From an uncultured Victivallales bacterium (GTDB lineage: Bacteria; Verrucomicrobiota; Kiritimatiellia; UBA8416; CAYSRM01): 64,000 nucleotides of DNA. The notes beneath the pieces are model-generated. The model was given only the letters and a program-made list of their open reading frames with translations. It did no database searches and had not been told where the DNA came from. Location: NCBI GenBank assembly GCA_964475205.1, contig CAYYVQ010000007.1:1604-65603 (forward strand), given 5' to 3'. The translations under genes were made by a program, and so were the position numbers. Of the stretch, positions 37,182 through 47,162 are shown piece by piece (the first letter of the stretch is position 1; every line of letters starts with the position of its first letter).

Positions 37182-39341
37182 CTATTTCCTCAGTACAGCT
37201 TCAAACTTGCACGCTTCATAACAATTGCCGCACCTTATGCAAACAGTCTGGTCTATTGAATGCGGCTTCTTTTTCTCTCCGGAAATGCACTCCACCGGAC
37301 AAACCCTTGCGCAGGCTGTGCAACCCACGCATTTCTCCGGATCAATTTCAAAACTGAGCAATTCCTTGCAAGCTCCCGCGGGACATCTTTTTTCCCTTAT
37401 ATGTGCCTCGTATTCATCGCGAAAATGTCTTATAGTGCTAAGTACGGGGTTTGGAGCGGCCTGGCCCAATCCGCACAGCGAACTCTGGCTCACGGTGTTC
37501 GCAAGCCTTTCGAGTTTCTCTATATCTCCTTCTTCGCCTTCTCCTGTGGTTATCCTTGTAAGAATTTCAAGCATTCTCTTGGTTCCTTCGCGGCAAGGCG
37601 TACATTTTCCGCAGGATTCATCCTGAGTAAATTCGAGAAAATATCTCGCGACATTTACCATGCAGCTGGTTTCATCCATCACGATCATCCCCCCGCTGCC
37701 CATGATGCTTCCAGCCTTTGCCAGCGTGGCATATTCAATCGGCGTATCCAGCGCAGACGCAGGAAGACAACCGCCGGCCGGCCCGCCAGTCTGGACTGCC
37801 TTGAACTTCTTTTCTCCCTTTACACCGCCTCCAACGCCGTAAACAACTTCCCTTATAGTTGACCCCATCGGCACTTCGATTAGGCCAGTATTAACAACGT
37901 CGCCGGCCAGGGCAAAAACCTTGGTTCCCCTGCTGTCTTCGGTCCCGATGGCTTTGAACCATTCCGGACCGTCTAGAATTATTACAGGAATGTTTGCCAG
38001 CGTTTCAACGTTGTTGATAACCGTCGGTTTGCCCCAAAGCCCTGACACTGAAGGATAAGGCGGGCGCGGCCGGGGCATTCCGCGGTTGCCCTCTATGGAA
38101 GCAATTAATGCAGTCTCTTCGCCGCACACGAATGCGCCTGCTCCCAAACGCACTTCTATATCAAAATCCCATGAACTTCCCAGTATGTTATTGCCAAGAA
38201 GACCCGCTCTTCTTGCGTCGTCAAGCGCTTTTTCCAAACGCTTTATCGCAAGGGGATATTCCGCCCGTATATAAACAAAGCCTTTAGTAGCGCCAACAGC
38301 ATAGGCGCCGATCATCATTCCTTCAACGATAGTATGCGGATCGCCTTCAATGGTGCTCCTGTCCATAAATGCGCCCGGATCGCCTTCGTCCGCATTGCAG
38401 ATAATGAACTTTTCATCAGCTTCCTGGGCTGCGCCTATCTGCCACTTTGTCGCAACAGGAAAACCGCCGCCACCCCTTCCCCTGAGGCCGGCTTCTTCAA
38501 CGGCTTTAATCACGTCCTGTGATGACATTTCGTCCAGAACCGCGCATATCGCCTCGTATCCCCGCACGGCAAGATACTCGTCAAGGCTCTCTGGATCAAT
38601 AACCCCGCAGTTGCGCAATGTCAGCCTCAACTGTTTTCCGAAAAAACCAATGTCGCCGAACAGTGGAAAAAACCTGTTGGCTATTTTGTCATCTTCCCAT
38701 AATAGATCATCCAGTAAACGGCCGTTCTGCAAGTGTTCTGAAACCAGCCGCTCAATGTTATCTCCACTCATATTGCGATAGCAGACATTATCCGGATAAA
38801 CAAACGCAAACGGCCCGTGTTCGCACATCCCGCTGCAAGCCGAGGACGTCACGAGAACCTCCTTGTCGAGACCATGCTCTTTAAGCGCCCCATGCAGTTG
38901 CTCCTGTGCTTTCCCGCTTTTGCCGACAGGACAGGTTGTTCCGCACAGGCTTACAACCTTCTTCACATCGGAAGATGCCGATGCTCCCCGCAGAGTGCAC
39001 TCTCCAAGCGCCTGCCCTTCTTTTATGTGAGATCTAAAAATACGCTCGGCTTTTTCCTTGTCCACCTTTACGTATTTTGCCGGTATCTCTCCCCGCCTTA
39101 TAACAAGCACCACCGGCTCCATATCACAGCGTCCTGAACAGCCTACGCGGTCAAGCGTCACATCCATCTCCTGCTCGCCGGCAATCAATTCCCGAAACGT
39201 GGCATAGACACTTTCGGCTCCGGCCGCATTTTCACAGGTGGCGGAACCGACCGTTATCCGTGTGCCTGCCTTGAATTTTTTTTCAAACAGCCGCTGAACG
39301 GCCTTTTTTCGTATATCAGTTATCTGTTGCAGAGTTGTCAT
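37182..39341 (-). CDS. hydB: NuoF-like NAD(P)H/FMN subunit of HydABC-type hydrogenase with extra N-terminal thioredoxin-like ferredoxin domains
   Basis: GRGGGGFP FMN/NADH motif, SLCGLGQAAPNP and C-terminal 2x[4Fe-4S] (CVGCTACARVCP, CIRCGNCYEAC). Confidence 0.9.
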   Translation of the reverse strand: MTTLQQITDIRKKAVQRLFEKKFKAGTRITVGSATCENAAGAESVYATFRELIAGEQEMDVTLDRVGCSGRCDMEPVVLVIRRGEIPAKYVKVDKEKAERIFRSHIKEGQALGECTLRGASASSDVKKVVSLCGTTCPVGKSGKAQEQLHGALKEHGLDKEVLVTSSACSGMCEHGPFAFVYPDNVCYRNMSGDNIERLVSEHLQNGRLLDDLLWEDDKIANRFFPLFGDIGFFGKQLRLTLRNCGVIDPESLDEYLAVRGYEAICAVLDEMSSQDVIKAVEEAGLRGRGGGGFPVATKWQIGAAQEADEKFIICNADEGDPGAFMDRSTIEGDPHTIVEGMMIGAYAVGATKGFVYIRAEYPLAIKRLEKALDDARRAGLLGNNILGSSWDFDIEVRLGAGAFVCGEETALIASIEGNRGMPRPRPPYPSVSGLWGKPTVINNVETLANIPVIILDGPEWFKAIGTEDSRGTKVFALAGDVVNTGLIEVPMGSTIREVVYGVGGGVKGEKKFKAVQTGGPAGGCLPASALDTPIEYATLAKAGSIMGSGGMIVMDETSCMVNVARYFLEFTQDESCGKCTPCREGTKRMLEILTRITTGEGEEGDIEKLERLANTVSQSSLCGLGQAAPNPVLSTIRHFRDEYEAHIREKRCPAGACKELLSFEIDPEKCVGCTACARVCPVECISGEKKKPHSIDQTVCIRCGNCYEACKFEAVLRK

Positions 39342-41275
39342 GCGTCTTCTTTCCCTTTCTGATCCTTATACAGTGGAAGCGTAAAAATAAACTCGGTCCA
39401 TTCGCCTGGTTCAGATTCGGCGCGAATAGCTCCTCCATGAGCCTCAACTATATTGCGGGTAATAAACAGCCCCAATCCCGTCCCCTTTTGTTTCTTTGCA
39501 GTTTCTGATTCCTCCAGCCTGCTGAACTTCTTGAATAGTTCGCCCATGCGTTCAGGCGGTATTCCTTCGCCGTCATTCCTCACCCTGAACTCAACATGGT
39601 TATTGGAGGGCTTCGATACAATTCGAATCATGCCCCCCTCCCTGCCATATTTATAAGCGTTGCTGATCAGGTTTTCAAACACCTCTCTGACCATATTCTT
39701 GTCGGCAAATACTGCCGTGTCTTTTCCTGTTTCATCGGTTACCCTCATGCCCTTGCCTGTCAGTTCCGCCTCCATTGACTCCAGTATTGGCACAACAATT
39801 TCTTCATCCACATCTACGCGGCTTTTTACAGGTTCAAGTTCAGAGTTTTCAATTCTGGAAAGGTTCAGATAATGCCTGACCATTTCCACAAGCCTGGTAC
39901 TGTTGAAATCTATTGCCCGAACAGCTTTCAGTTGTTTTTCATTCAACTGCCCCAGTTTCTGCTCACGCAGCAGGTACACGTAATTCATAACTGTAGCCAC
40001 CGGGCTTTTCAGTTCGTGTGACACGAAGCCAAGCATTTCCATGTAGCTTCTGTTCAACGCAGTAAGTTTTTCTTCGCGTTCGGCAAGTTTATCTGTCATC
40101 TGATTAAACGCCTGAATCAGAGCAGCAGTTTCGTGGCAGGCGTGCTCCGTTGTCACGGGAGGGGGCTTGGCCCCTTTACTCATGCTGTTTGAAGCTGCCA
40201 CAAGCCTGTGTATTGGCTGTGCTAAACGCCCTGCGAGCACAAACGCCACCACCAGCGCGACAATGAGCACAAAAAGGGATAGAAACACGTATACTACCGC
40301 AATCTTATGGGCCGCATTGTCAAAGGGTTTCTTAAGAATACCCACATAAAGCATTCCTATTATCTCTCCGAATCCGTCGCGGATAGGCTCGTATGCGGTA
40401 ATATACCAATCATCAACTACAAAAGCATCCCCTATCCATGGCCTGCCGTTATCCAGAACCCTGTCGGCGACTTCTTTGGAAACTCTTGTGCCCAGCGCCC
40501 TGTTTCCATTCTCCCTTCGCACAGTAGTCGCAATGCGGCTGTCATGCAGAAAAATCGTTGCAGTACCGAGAGGAGCGCCGTTATATTTCTCGTTTTTATA
40601 GACTGAATCATGTATCTGGTCTATCAAGGAATGGTTCCTGTTCACAAGCCTGCCGCCGTAAACGACTCCGACAATTCTGTTCCCTTGCAGGACAGGCACG
40701 GCAGCTTCCATGACCATCCCCCTGGTTTCCACTTCCCTGACTGTCTTTCTGGCGCGCGGTGTATTCTCCAATTCAAGAAAGGCCTGTTCCTGGAGTCCGG
40801 CTGCTTCACGTTCAAGCTGTTTTCCCGGAAGAAGAGCTGCGCAACTGTAAGGCTCCCCTTTCACCGCCCTGGCTACAGCAGGGGCGGAGGTCCTGTAATC
40901 GCCCATTGCATAAGGTGGCATTACTCGAAGCATCACCTGGCCTTCAGGAGACAGTAAATCAAAATAATCCATATCGAAATCCATGCTGATCTGCCGAAGC
41001 TGTTGCTTCATATCGGAGTCTTGCCACTGCTCTTCAGCGCAAGCAGATCCTACCACTCTCATCTTCGCTGTCATGCGCATGATGGTTTCCAGCTCATCAA
41101 GCTGTTTCCTGAATACAGACCATGCGCTCGACAGGTCCAGGTTCACTCTTTTCTGGGCCTCGTCCAGAGCCCGGCCATGGATAATTTTCACGCCAACAAA
41201 AGCGGACAACACACTGAAAATTATCACCACCAGGGCAAATCCTTTAAATAGCTTCAGCTTAAGCATTTTACGCAA
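39338..41275 (-). CDS. sensor histidine kinase (periplasmic Cache-like domain, HAMP, HisKA, HATPase)
   Basis: Two TM helices flank a ~300-aa extracytoplasmic domain. H-box FVSHELKSP, N-box NLISNAYKYG, G-boxes DGEGIPPE and GTGLGLFITRNIVEAHGG. Confidence 0.88.
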   Translation of the reverse strand: MRKMLKLKLFKGFALVVIIFSVLSAFVGVKIIHGRALDEAQKRVNLDLSSAWSVFRKQLDELETIMRMTAKMRVVGSACAEEQWQDSDMKQQLRQISMDFDMDYFDLLSPEGQVMLRVMPPYAMGDYRTSAPAVARAVKGEPYSCAALLPGKQLEREAAGLQEQAFLELENTPRARKTVREVETRGMVMEAAVPVLQGNRIVGVVYGGRLVNRNHSLIDQIHDSVYKNEKYNGAPLGTATIFLHDSRIATTVRRENGNRALGTRVSKEVADRVLDNGRPWIGDAFVVDDWYITAYEPIRDGFGEIIGMLYVGILKKPFDNAAHKIAVVYVFLSLFVLIVALVVAFVLAGRLAQPIHRLVAASNSMSKGAKPPPVTTEHACHETAALIQAFNQMTDKLAEREEKLTALNRSYMEMLGFVSHELKSPVATVMNYVYLLREQKLGQLNEKQLKAVRAIDFNSTRLVEMVRHYLNLSRIENSELEPVKSRVDVDEEIVVPILESMEAELTGKGMRVTDETGKDTAVFADKNMVREVFENLISNAYKYGREGGMIRIVSKPSNNHVEFRVRNDGEGIPPERMGELFKKFSRLEESETAKKQKGTGLGLFITRNIVEAHGGAIRAESEPGEWTEFIFTLPLYKDQKGKEDA

Positions 41276-41505
41276 TTCTCCTAAATTATTCAGGATAGAT
41301 TAAGATTCTTTGGATGCCGCCGTCAAGCACTAATCGTTAAAATTTTCACGCTTTCGCGTAGATCCCGAAGCGACACCTTGCAAAACCTATCCTTGCGCCT
41401 TGAATCACGATAATGCAATATGCAGCTTACGAAAAGCAGTGGTTTATAACTTATTCTGCAAGGTAAACAAATCAGATATAGATATCTTATTCGGAACAAG
41501 CCATA

Positions 41506-43395
41506 ATGTCCAAAGCCCTTTTCATACGTACACGGGTTATTCAAATGGATATCCTCCCGGGACAACCGCAGCATAACGCTGTCCGGATTATCAGCAATAT
41601 TTCCAGGGCCAGGAAAGACGGGATACAGCTTCTTGTTTTTCCCGAGATGTCGGTGCCAGGTTATTTTGTCGGAGACAACTGGGAACGCCCCGCTTTTCTG
41701 AATGAATGCTACAGATGCAATGAAGAGATAAGAAAAGCATCCAAAGGTCTAATCGTTGTTTTCGGTTCCCTGGGCATGGATCCTGATCGCAGAAATGAAG
41801 ACGGACGGGTCCGCAAGTATAATGCTCTATATGTTGCGGAGAACGGAGAATTCCGCTCACCATCAACTCTGCCGTACAGTTTTGCTGTAAAGTCGCTTCT
41901 TCCTGACTATCGTGAGTTTGAAGAGACGAGGCATTTTTATGATCTTCGAAAACTTGCCATGGAAGAAAATCGAGCGCTGGAAGACCTGGTCGCACCTATA
42001 GAAACCAGCCTGGCTTCACTGGGATGCATACTCTGCGAAGATGCATGGGATATAGATTATAACTTCTCGCCCCTTGAAATCCTGGCTCAGAAAAACGCAG
42101 ACCTTTTCCTCAGCGTCAGCGCATCACCGTTTACCCTTCACAAAAGGCACAAGCGTACCCGCGTTTTTTGTGAACGAACAAAAAATCTAGGCAGACCCCT
42201 GATTTATGCAAACTGCACAGGCATCCAGAACAACGGCAAATGCGTGTTTACATTCGACGGCGATTCAGCAATATACGACGGACTCGGCAACTGTATAAAG
42301 ACAGAAGAACCGTTCACCGAGACCGAAATAACCCATGAAATTCCGCTTGACCAATCCGCCTTCGGCCGCCCTTGCCGACCGGTCAGAGATAATACAGCAG
42401 ATATCTACAGGGCAATTAACTTCGGCACCAGCAGATTTATGGATCAGTGCGGCCTGGACCGCATTGTAGTGGGAATATCAGGAGGCATCGATTCTGCCGT
42501 GGTAGCCGCTGTTTACGGAAAGATTCTGCCCCCTGACCGCCTCTTGCTTGCAAATATGCCAAGCTGCCACAATTCTTCCCGAACCAGGAACCTTGCTAAA
42601 AAACTTGCAGGGAATATAGGCTGCCTCTATACCGAAATCCCCATCGACAATAGCTGTAAACTTACGCAAAAACAAATGGACGGGCTTGTCTTAAAGAACA
42701 CAGAAGGAACATTCATCCACAAAATCAGCCTCAGCAGCCGGGTGATGGAAAACGTTCAGGCACGAGACCGATCTGCACGAATACTTGCGGCCCTTGCTGC
42801 CGCGTTTGGAGGAGCATTCACATGCAATGCAAACAAATCCGAAGCTACCGTCGGATACACAACCCTCTACGGCGACCTCGCCGGTTACTTCGCCAACCTC
42901 GCAGATCTCTGGAAAGGCGAAGTATACGATCTGGCTCGCTATCTTAACGCCGAGGTCTACGGCAGCGCAGTTGTGCCTCCAGGTTCTATCGATTTGATCC
43001 CTTCTGCGGAGCTCAGTTCATCCCAGGACGTTGACAGCAACCAGGGCGACCCGCTCTGCTATCCTTACCACGATTGCCTCTTTCGAAGCTGGATTGAATG
43101 GTGGAACAGGACAACTCCCGAAGAAATACTGGAATGGTATGCCGACGGCATTCTCGAAGATAAAATCGGTTACACGGGGAAAGTAGAAGACCTCTTTCAT
43201 GGAGTTGATGAATTTATAGAGGATCTTGAAAAATGGTGGAATGCTTACGAGGGTCTGGGATTGGCAAAGAGAATCCAGGCGCCCCCGGTGCTCGCAATCA
43301 AGAAAAGGGCGTTCGGCTTCGACCTGCGAGAGTCACAGCTTCCTTCATTCTATTCCTCCCGCTACCGGGAACTCAAGAAAACTCTACATTCATAA
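41506..43395 (+). CDS. nadE: glutamine-dependent NAD+ synthetase
   Basis: N-terminal CN-hydrolase domain (LLVFPEMSVPGY, CEDAW) plus a C-terminal PP-loop GISGGIDSAV. Confidence 0.9.
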   Translation: MSKALFIRTRVIQMDILPGQPQHNAVRIISNISRARKDGIQLLVFPEMSVPGYFVGDNWERPAFLNECYRCNEEIRKASKGLIVVFGSLGMDPDRRNEDGRVRKYNALYVAENGEFRSPSTLPYSFAVKSLLPDYREFEETRHFYDLRKLAMEENRALEDLVAPIETSLASLGCILCEDAWDIDYNFSPLEILAQKNADLFLSVSASPFTLHKRHKRTRVFCERTKNLGRPLIYANCTGIQNNGKCVFTFDGDSAIYDGLGNCIKTEEPFTETEITHEIPLDQSAFGRPCRPVRDNTADIYRAINFGTSRFMDQCGLDRIVVGISGGIDSAVVAAVYGKILPPDRLLLANMPSCHNSSRTRNLAKKLAGNIGCLYTEIPIDNSCKLTQKQMDGLVLKNTEGTFIHKISLSSRVMENVQARDRSARILAALAAAFGGAFTCNANKSEATVGYTTLYGDLAGYFANLADLWKGEVYDLARYLNAEVYGSAVVPPGSIDLIPSAELSSSQDVDSNQGDPLCYPYHDCLFRSWIEWWNRTTPEEILEWYADGILEDKIGYTGKVEDLFHGVDEFIEDLEKWWNAYEGLGLAKRIQAPPVLAIKKRAFGFDLRESQLPSFYSSRYRELKKTLHS

Positions 43396-43504
43396 GGACT
43401 TACGCCGCTTGCTGCATTTTGAATGCCGGATATTGGGTGAGACACCATTTGAACGCAACAGAAGATTCGCAAGCAGCCGATTGATATCCGGGCAGGATTT
43501 GAAA

Positions 43505-44119
43505 CTATTGCTGAACAAGCTCAGCATGGCCTGTCCAGCCATACTCATCTTCAGCTATAATAAAGAGGGTTCCAGTTCGTCCTTTGCGGCTTGTATAAGT
43601 CGCCGTGTTTCCGCTCGAACTTGAAATCGTTCCGAGCGATCCATCCGATGCGGACCAGGAATACGGGGCCGTGCCGCCGTCAACGGTGGCGGTAACCTTA
43701 TGAGAAACATTTGTCGAAATGTTTCCCGTGGACAATGTCACAGTCAACGCATCGCCCTGAATTACTGTTGCAGTGGCAATCCAGTCCTTGGCGTCCGTTG
43801 CTCCAACAGCGTTTACGCCGCTCTTGCCGGACTGGGCAGGAGTGTAGGTTACCGTTCTGGCTGTGGTACTGGAAGCTGAAATACTGCCAAGCGAAGTATC
43901 GCTTACAGACCATACAAAAGGCGGTTCTCCGCCGTTAACCGTAAATACCGTGTGCCCGGCGCCGGCATCAAGTTCGACACTGGCAGGGCTTATCGAGAAA
44001 TCAGCCGATCCAGAGGCTGCCGCGTCTTCATCATGGTTTACTCCGGAGTTATGCTCGCAACCTGCCAGGAAAACGGCAATGGCCGCAGCTATGAAACATG
44101 ATACCAATACTCTGTTCAC
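43505..44119 (-). CDS. lipoprotein with two Ig-like repeats
   Basis: GTG 44119 start preceded by GGGGGA. Lipobox AVFLAGC. Two ~75-aa repeats (VNGGEPPFVWSVSDTSLGSISASS / VDGGTAPYSWSASDGSLGTISSSS). Confidence 0.55.
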   Translation of the reverse strand: MNRVLVSCFIAAAIAVFLAGCEHNSGVNHDEDAAASGSADFSISPASVELDAGAGHTVFTVNGGEPPFVWSVSDTSLGSISASSTTARTVTYTPAQSGKSGVNAVGATDAKDWIATATVIQGDALTVTLSTGNISTNVSHKVTATVDGGTAPYSWSASDGSLGTISSSSGNTATYTSRKGRTGTLFIIAEDEYGWTGHAELVQQ

Positions 44120-44150
44120 TACATCCCCCGCTGTATACAAACAAGCCTGA

Positions 44151-44894
44151 TCAAAAACGGTAAAGCATTCCAACGCTTATTTCACGATCGCCGGAGCCGT
44201 AAAAAGCTCCTTCCAACAAAGTCAGCCAGTTGCCCGCAAACCTGAGATCCATCCCAAGCATCATGCCAAAGTCTCTGTTCTCCTTTACGTCGGAATCGCC
44301 GTATTCACCGTCTATGCTATTCAAAACAACCCCGCATTTTATGGCTGCGCCGTCCGGGTTATACTTGTGGAGCGCTACTTCATTTTTGGAACTTACCGCG
44401 TAATATACCAGTGGAACGATCGAAGCCTCAGTCCAGTCAAAATCCGAGTCCTCGAAATTTGACTGCATGCTTCTGAACATTCCTTTTACCTGGAACCCGA
44501 TTTTCGACAGGTCGCCAAAGACAGGCGAATGTTCTATAACATATTCCAGAACATTAAAATCTGCGCCTACAGCCCATGCAACTCCCCGCTCCCCGTCCCT
44601 TTCAAGAAGCCCGTCGGTCTTACCGTATCCGCCCTGCAGGATTACAGCCAGGTAAGGCAATACAGCATAATCAAGTTCCGCAACCAGATAGCTGGCGTCC
44701 AGATTGGTCAACTCTTCGCCAACCAACACTTCACGTTCGTAGAAACCTGCAGAAACTCCAACAGACCATCCGTGAGCGTCCGTGCCGGTAAGCAAAGAAT
44801 CGGGCGCTGCATGCATATCTTCTCCTTGCGCTGGAAAGAAAAAAACTCCCGACATAAATGCAGCTAATGCAAAAAAATATAAACGATACAACAT
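44151..44894 (-). CDS. small outer-membrane beta-barrel protein
   Basis: Signal peptide, alternating hydrophobic strands and a C-terminal ...SVGMLYRF aromatic terminus. Confidence 0.55.
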   Translation of the reverse strand: MLYRLYFFALAAFMSGVFFFPAQGEDMHAAPDSLLTGTDAHGWSVGVSAGFYEREVLVGEELTNLDASYLVAELDYAVLPYLAVILQGGYGKTDGLLERDGERGVAWAVGADFNVLEYVIEHSPVFGDLSKIGFQVKGMFRSMQSNFEDSDFDWTEASIVPLVYYAVSSKNEVALHKYNPDGAAIKCGVVLNSIDGEYGDSDVKENRDFGMMLGMDLRFAGNWLTLLEGAFYGSGDREISVGMLYRF

Positions 44895-44900
44895 CTCACC

Positions 44901-45467
44901 CTAATTGGACTTTAGTTCGTCAGCCCGTTCTCTCGCCTCGGCCGCTTCCTCAGCAGCATTTTCCGCCAATTCCGGCTCAGAACCCCTGTCGGGAGACAAG
45001 CTTTCTGCAGCGGCATCAAAGCTCTGTGCCGCCAATCTCAACGCCCCGGCGGCTTTGGCAACGGACTCCGCAGACTTTTCACTCGTTGTACTTTCACCTG
45101 CGCCTTCTGATTCCCGGGCTTTTGATTCCAGATCAGCGGCATTTGCCCAATTTTCCGCAGCTTTCAGAAAATTGCGTGACGATCCGAGGCGAAGCCGTCC
45201 TGCCTTCATTTCAGCTTTTCCTGCCTTTTTGTAATTGGTTTGGCTCTCGCTTTCATAAAGGACCTCTTTGCTTTTCAGCTTTTCAGCCCTCTCCATCAGG
45301 CTTGATGCCTTTCTTTCAAGGAATTCAGCGGACTGAACACGGCTACGCGCCGCATCCGTCCAGTCGGAGACAGAAAGCTGGGCCAGACCGGAACAAGGCA
45401 GACCAAGTCCAATCGCTGCCACTATTGATAAAATTTGTTTAAATTTCCTCATCATCATCTTCGTCAT
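44901..45467 (-). CDS. exported Ala/Glu/Lys-rich helical protein (possible lipoprotein)
   Basis: Signal sequence with LGLPCSG, then ~150 aa of predicted helix or coiled coil. No family recognised. Confidence 0.5.
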   Translation of the reverse strand: MTKMMMRKFKQILSIVAAIGLGLPCSGLAQLSVSDWTDAARSRVQSAEFLERKASSLMERAEKLKSKEVLYESESQTNYKKAGKAEMKAGRLRLGSSRNFLKAAENWANAADLESKARESEGAGESTTSEKSAESVAKAAGALRLAAQSFDAAAESLSPDRGSEPELAENAAEEAAEARERADELKSN

Positions 45468-45574
45468 CTATCAAAATCTTATGCACGGCTCTCTTTGCTC
45501 TGTCAGCGCCCATCCGCCTGGCGCTCACATCCAAAACCTTCGTCATGACTTCTATACCTGTTATATTTAATATC

Positions 45575-46900
45575 CTATACCTGTTTGGTATGATTTTCAA
45601 CCTTCAAAAGCAACAAAATTCGATTTACAATATCGGTTACTGCGCCGCCTCGAGATTTCACCAGGGCTGATGCCTGCCCGGAAAGTCTACTGCGCGTTTC
45701 ACGTTCGTTAAAAAGCCGGAATATTTCTTTGTAAAGCTCTTCACTGTCTTTAACTACGACAAACGCACCGTTTTTTTTGAAATCCTCTGCAATTAAAGGA
45801 AAATTGCTTAGCCGCGGGCCGACAACAACCGGCTTTCCGAGCATTGCCGGTTCTATGAAATTCTGACCGCCTTCTTCAGTCAGGCTTTTACCCACAAAGA
45901 CCACTGTGCCGACAGAATAGAAAGTAGTGAGTTCTCCGGTAGTATCCCCAAGAATTATATCCACATTGGAGGGATCATCTTCTTGCGCCATGGCAGTGCG
46001 ACGCACCCATTTAAGTCCGCGCTCATTAATCTCTTTTTCAATCTCAGGGGCACGTTCAACATGCCGCGGAACAAGTATCAGAAGAAGATCATCAAACAAA
46101 TCCTTCATGCGCTCATAACAGTCCATAAGCGCGGCTTCTTCGCCAGGCCAGGTGCTGCCCCCGACAAGTGTTTTGCGCTCTTTACCTGCGCCCCATCGGC
46201 GCAACTCATTTCCAAGGTCAATGGTATCCTCCTTCCCGGTTCCGGCCAGTAAATCATACTTACAGCTTCCCGTCACAGCCACCTGATCTCCCGATGCGCC
46301 AAGTTCAATAAATCTTTCACGATCACGCCGGTTCTGGGCGCAGATTAGATTGATTTTTTGAACTACAGGTTTGAAGAATACCTTGGCCAGGCGATATCCG
46401 CGAAAAGAAGAATCTGAAAGACGGGCATTTACTACTGCAACCCTGCTGCCTGACCCGGTTGCATATCGTACCATGTTCGGCCAGATTTCGCACTCAGTGA
46501 GGATAACCAGCATGGGACTAATCAATTTGACTGCTCTTTTCATAATGAACCACAGGTCCGAAGGAAAATAAAGAAGCGTGTCGGTTTCCTGAAGGCTTTT
46601 CTCAGCGATGGCATAGCCCGTGGATGTATTGGTAGTAAAAACAAGGTTGCACTTCGGCAACTCTTTTCTGAGCTTTTCCACAATCCGCAACGCCACGTAA
46701 ACTTCACCCACGCTTACCGCGTGTACCCAGATGTTCCCCCCCCTCGACATGGCCCTTAGATCATCCTGCGAATAAATGGCCATGCGGGTGATAAATCTCC
46801 TGCCATATCCGCCTCTCCTGGACATCCTGAAAAACCAGTACGGCAACATGAGTATGTAGCCTGCAGTAAATATAACGTTATAAATAAACCACAAAATCAT
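45575..46900 (-). CDS. waaA: 3-deoxy-D-manno-octulosonic acid (Kdo) transferase
   Basis: N-terminal membrane anchor, IWVHAVSVGE motif and a GT30-type C-terminal half (GGSTWPGEE..., FVGKSL...GGQNFIEPA). Confidence 0.9.
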   Translation of the reverse strand: MILWFIYNVIFTAGYILMLPYWFFRMSRRGGYGRRFITRMAIYSQDDLRAMSRGGNIWVHAVSVGEVYVALRIVEKLRKELPKCNLVFTTNTSTGYAIAEKSLQETDTLLYFPSDLWFIMKRAVKLISPMLVILTECEIWPNMVRYATGSGSRVAVVNARLSDSSFRGYRLAKVFFKPVVQKINLICAQNRRDRERFIELGASGDQVAVTGSCKYDLLAGTGKEDTIDLGNELRRWGAGKERKTLVGGSTWPGEEAALMDCYERMKDLFDDLLLILVPRHVERAPEIEKEINERGLKWVRRTAMAQEDDPSNVDIILGDTTGELTTFYSVGTVVFVGKSLTEEGGQNFIEPAMLGKPVVVGPRLSNFPLIAEDFKKNGAFVVVKDSEELYKEIFRLFNERETRSRLSGQASALVKSRGGAVTDIVNRILLLLKVENHTKQV

Positions 46901-46925
46901 CTATTAGCTCCTGTTCACTGGTCAT

Positions 46926-47108
46926 TAGCCTGATCTATTCATCAACTTCGTAATGAGAGTGGGCATGTTGCTTTAGATCAATGGCTTTGCGCAGATAGCC
47001 GGGTGAAGGCGCATAGATATGCGTCAAGATCGGCTGGCCGGCAAAGTCTTTGAGATTAAGTGACATGCACACTCGTAATAGATTTTTATGAATAGATCAG
47101 GTTAGCCT
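46926..47108. mobile_element. repeat family A, complete ~180-bp MITE-like element with terminal inverted repeats and TA flanks
   Basis: Left end is TA|GCCTGATCTATTCAT (46926-46942). Right end is ATGAATAGATCAGGT|TA (47088-47104). Imperfect arm pairing extends ~45 nt inward, and there is a central hairpin at 47010-47023. No ORF. Confidence 0.75.
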
Positions 47109-47162
47109 GCGCCTCTCTTTCCTCTCAACCAATGACCAATGACTTCCCTCAGCCTACGGCTT

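Noticed and set aside
43428-43439. The 12-mer GGATATTGGGTG is shared between the nadE downstream region and family B element 1 (28899-28910). A local 8-bp inverted repeat CCGGATAT/ATATCCGG also lies at 43426-43491.
   Set aside because: Many 12-mer coincidences are expected by chance in 64 kb on both strands, and no extended similarity surrounds this one.
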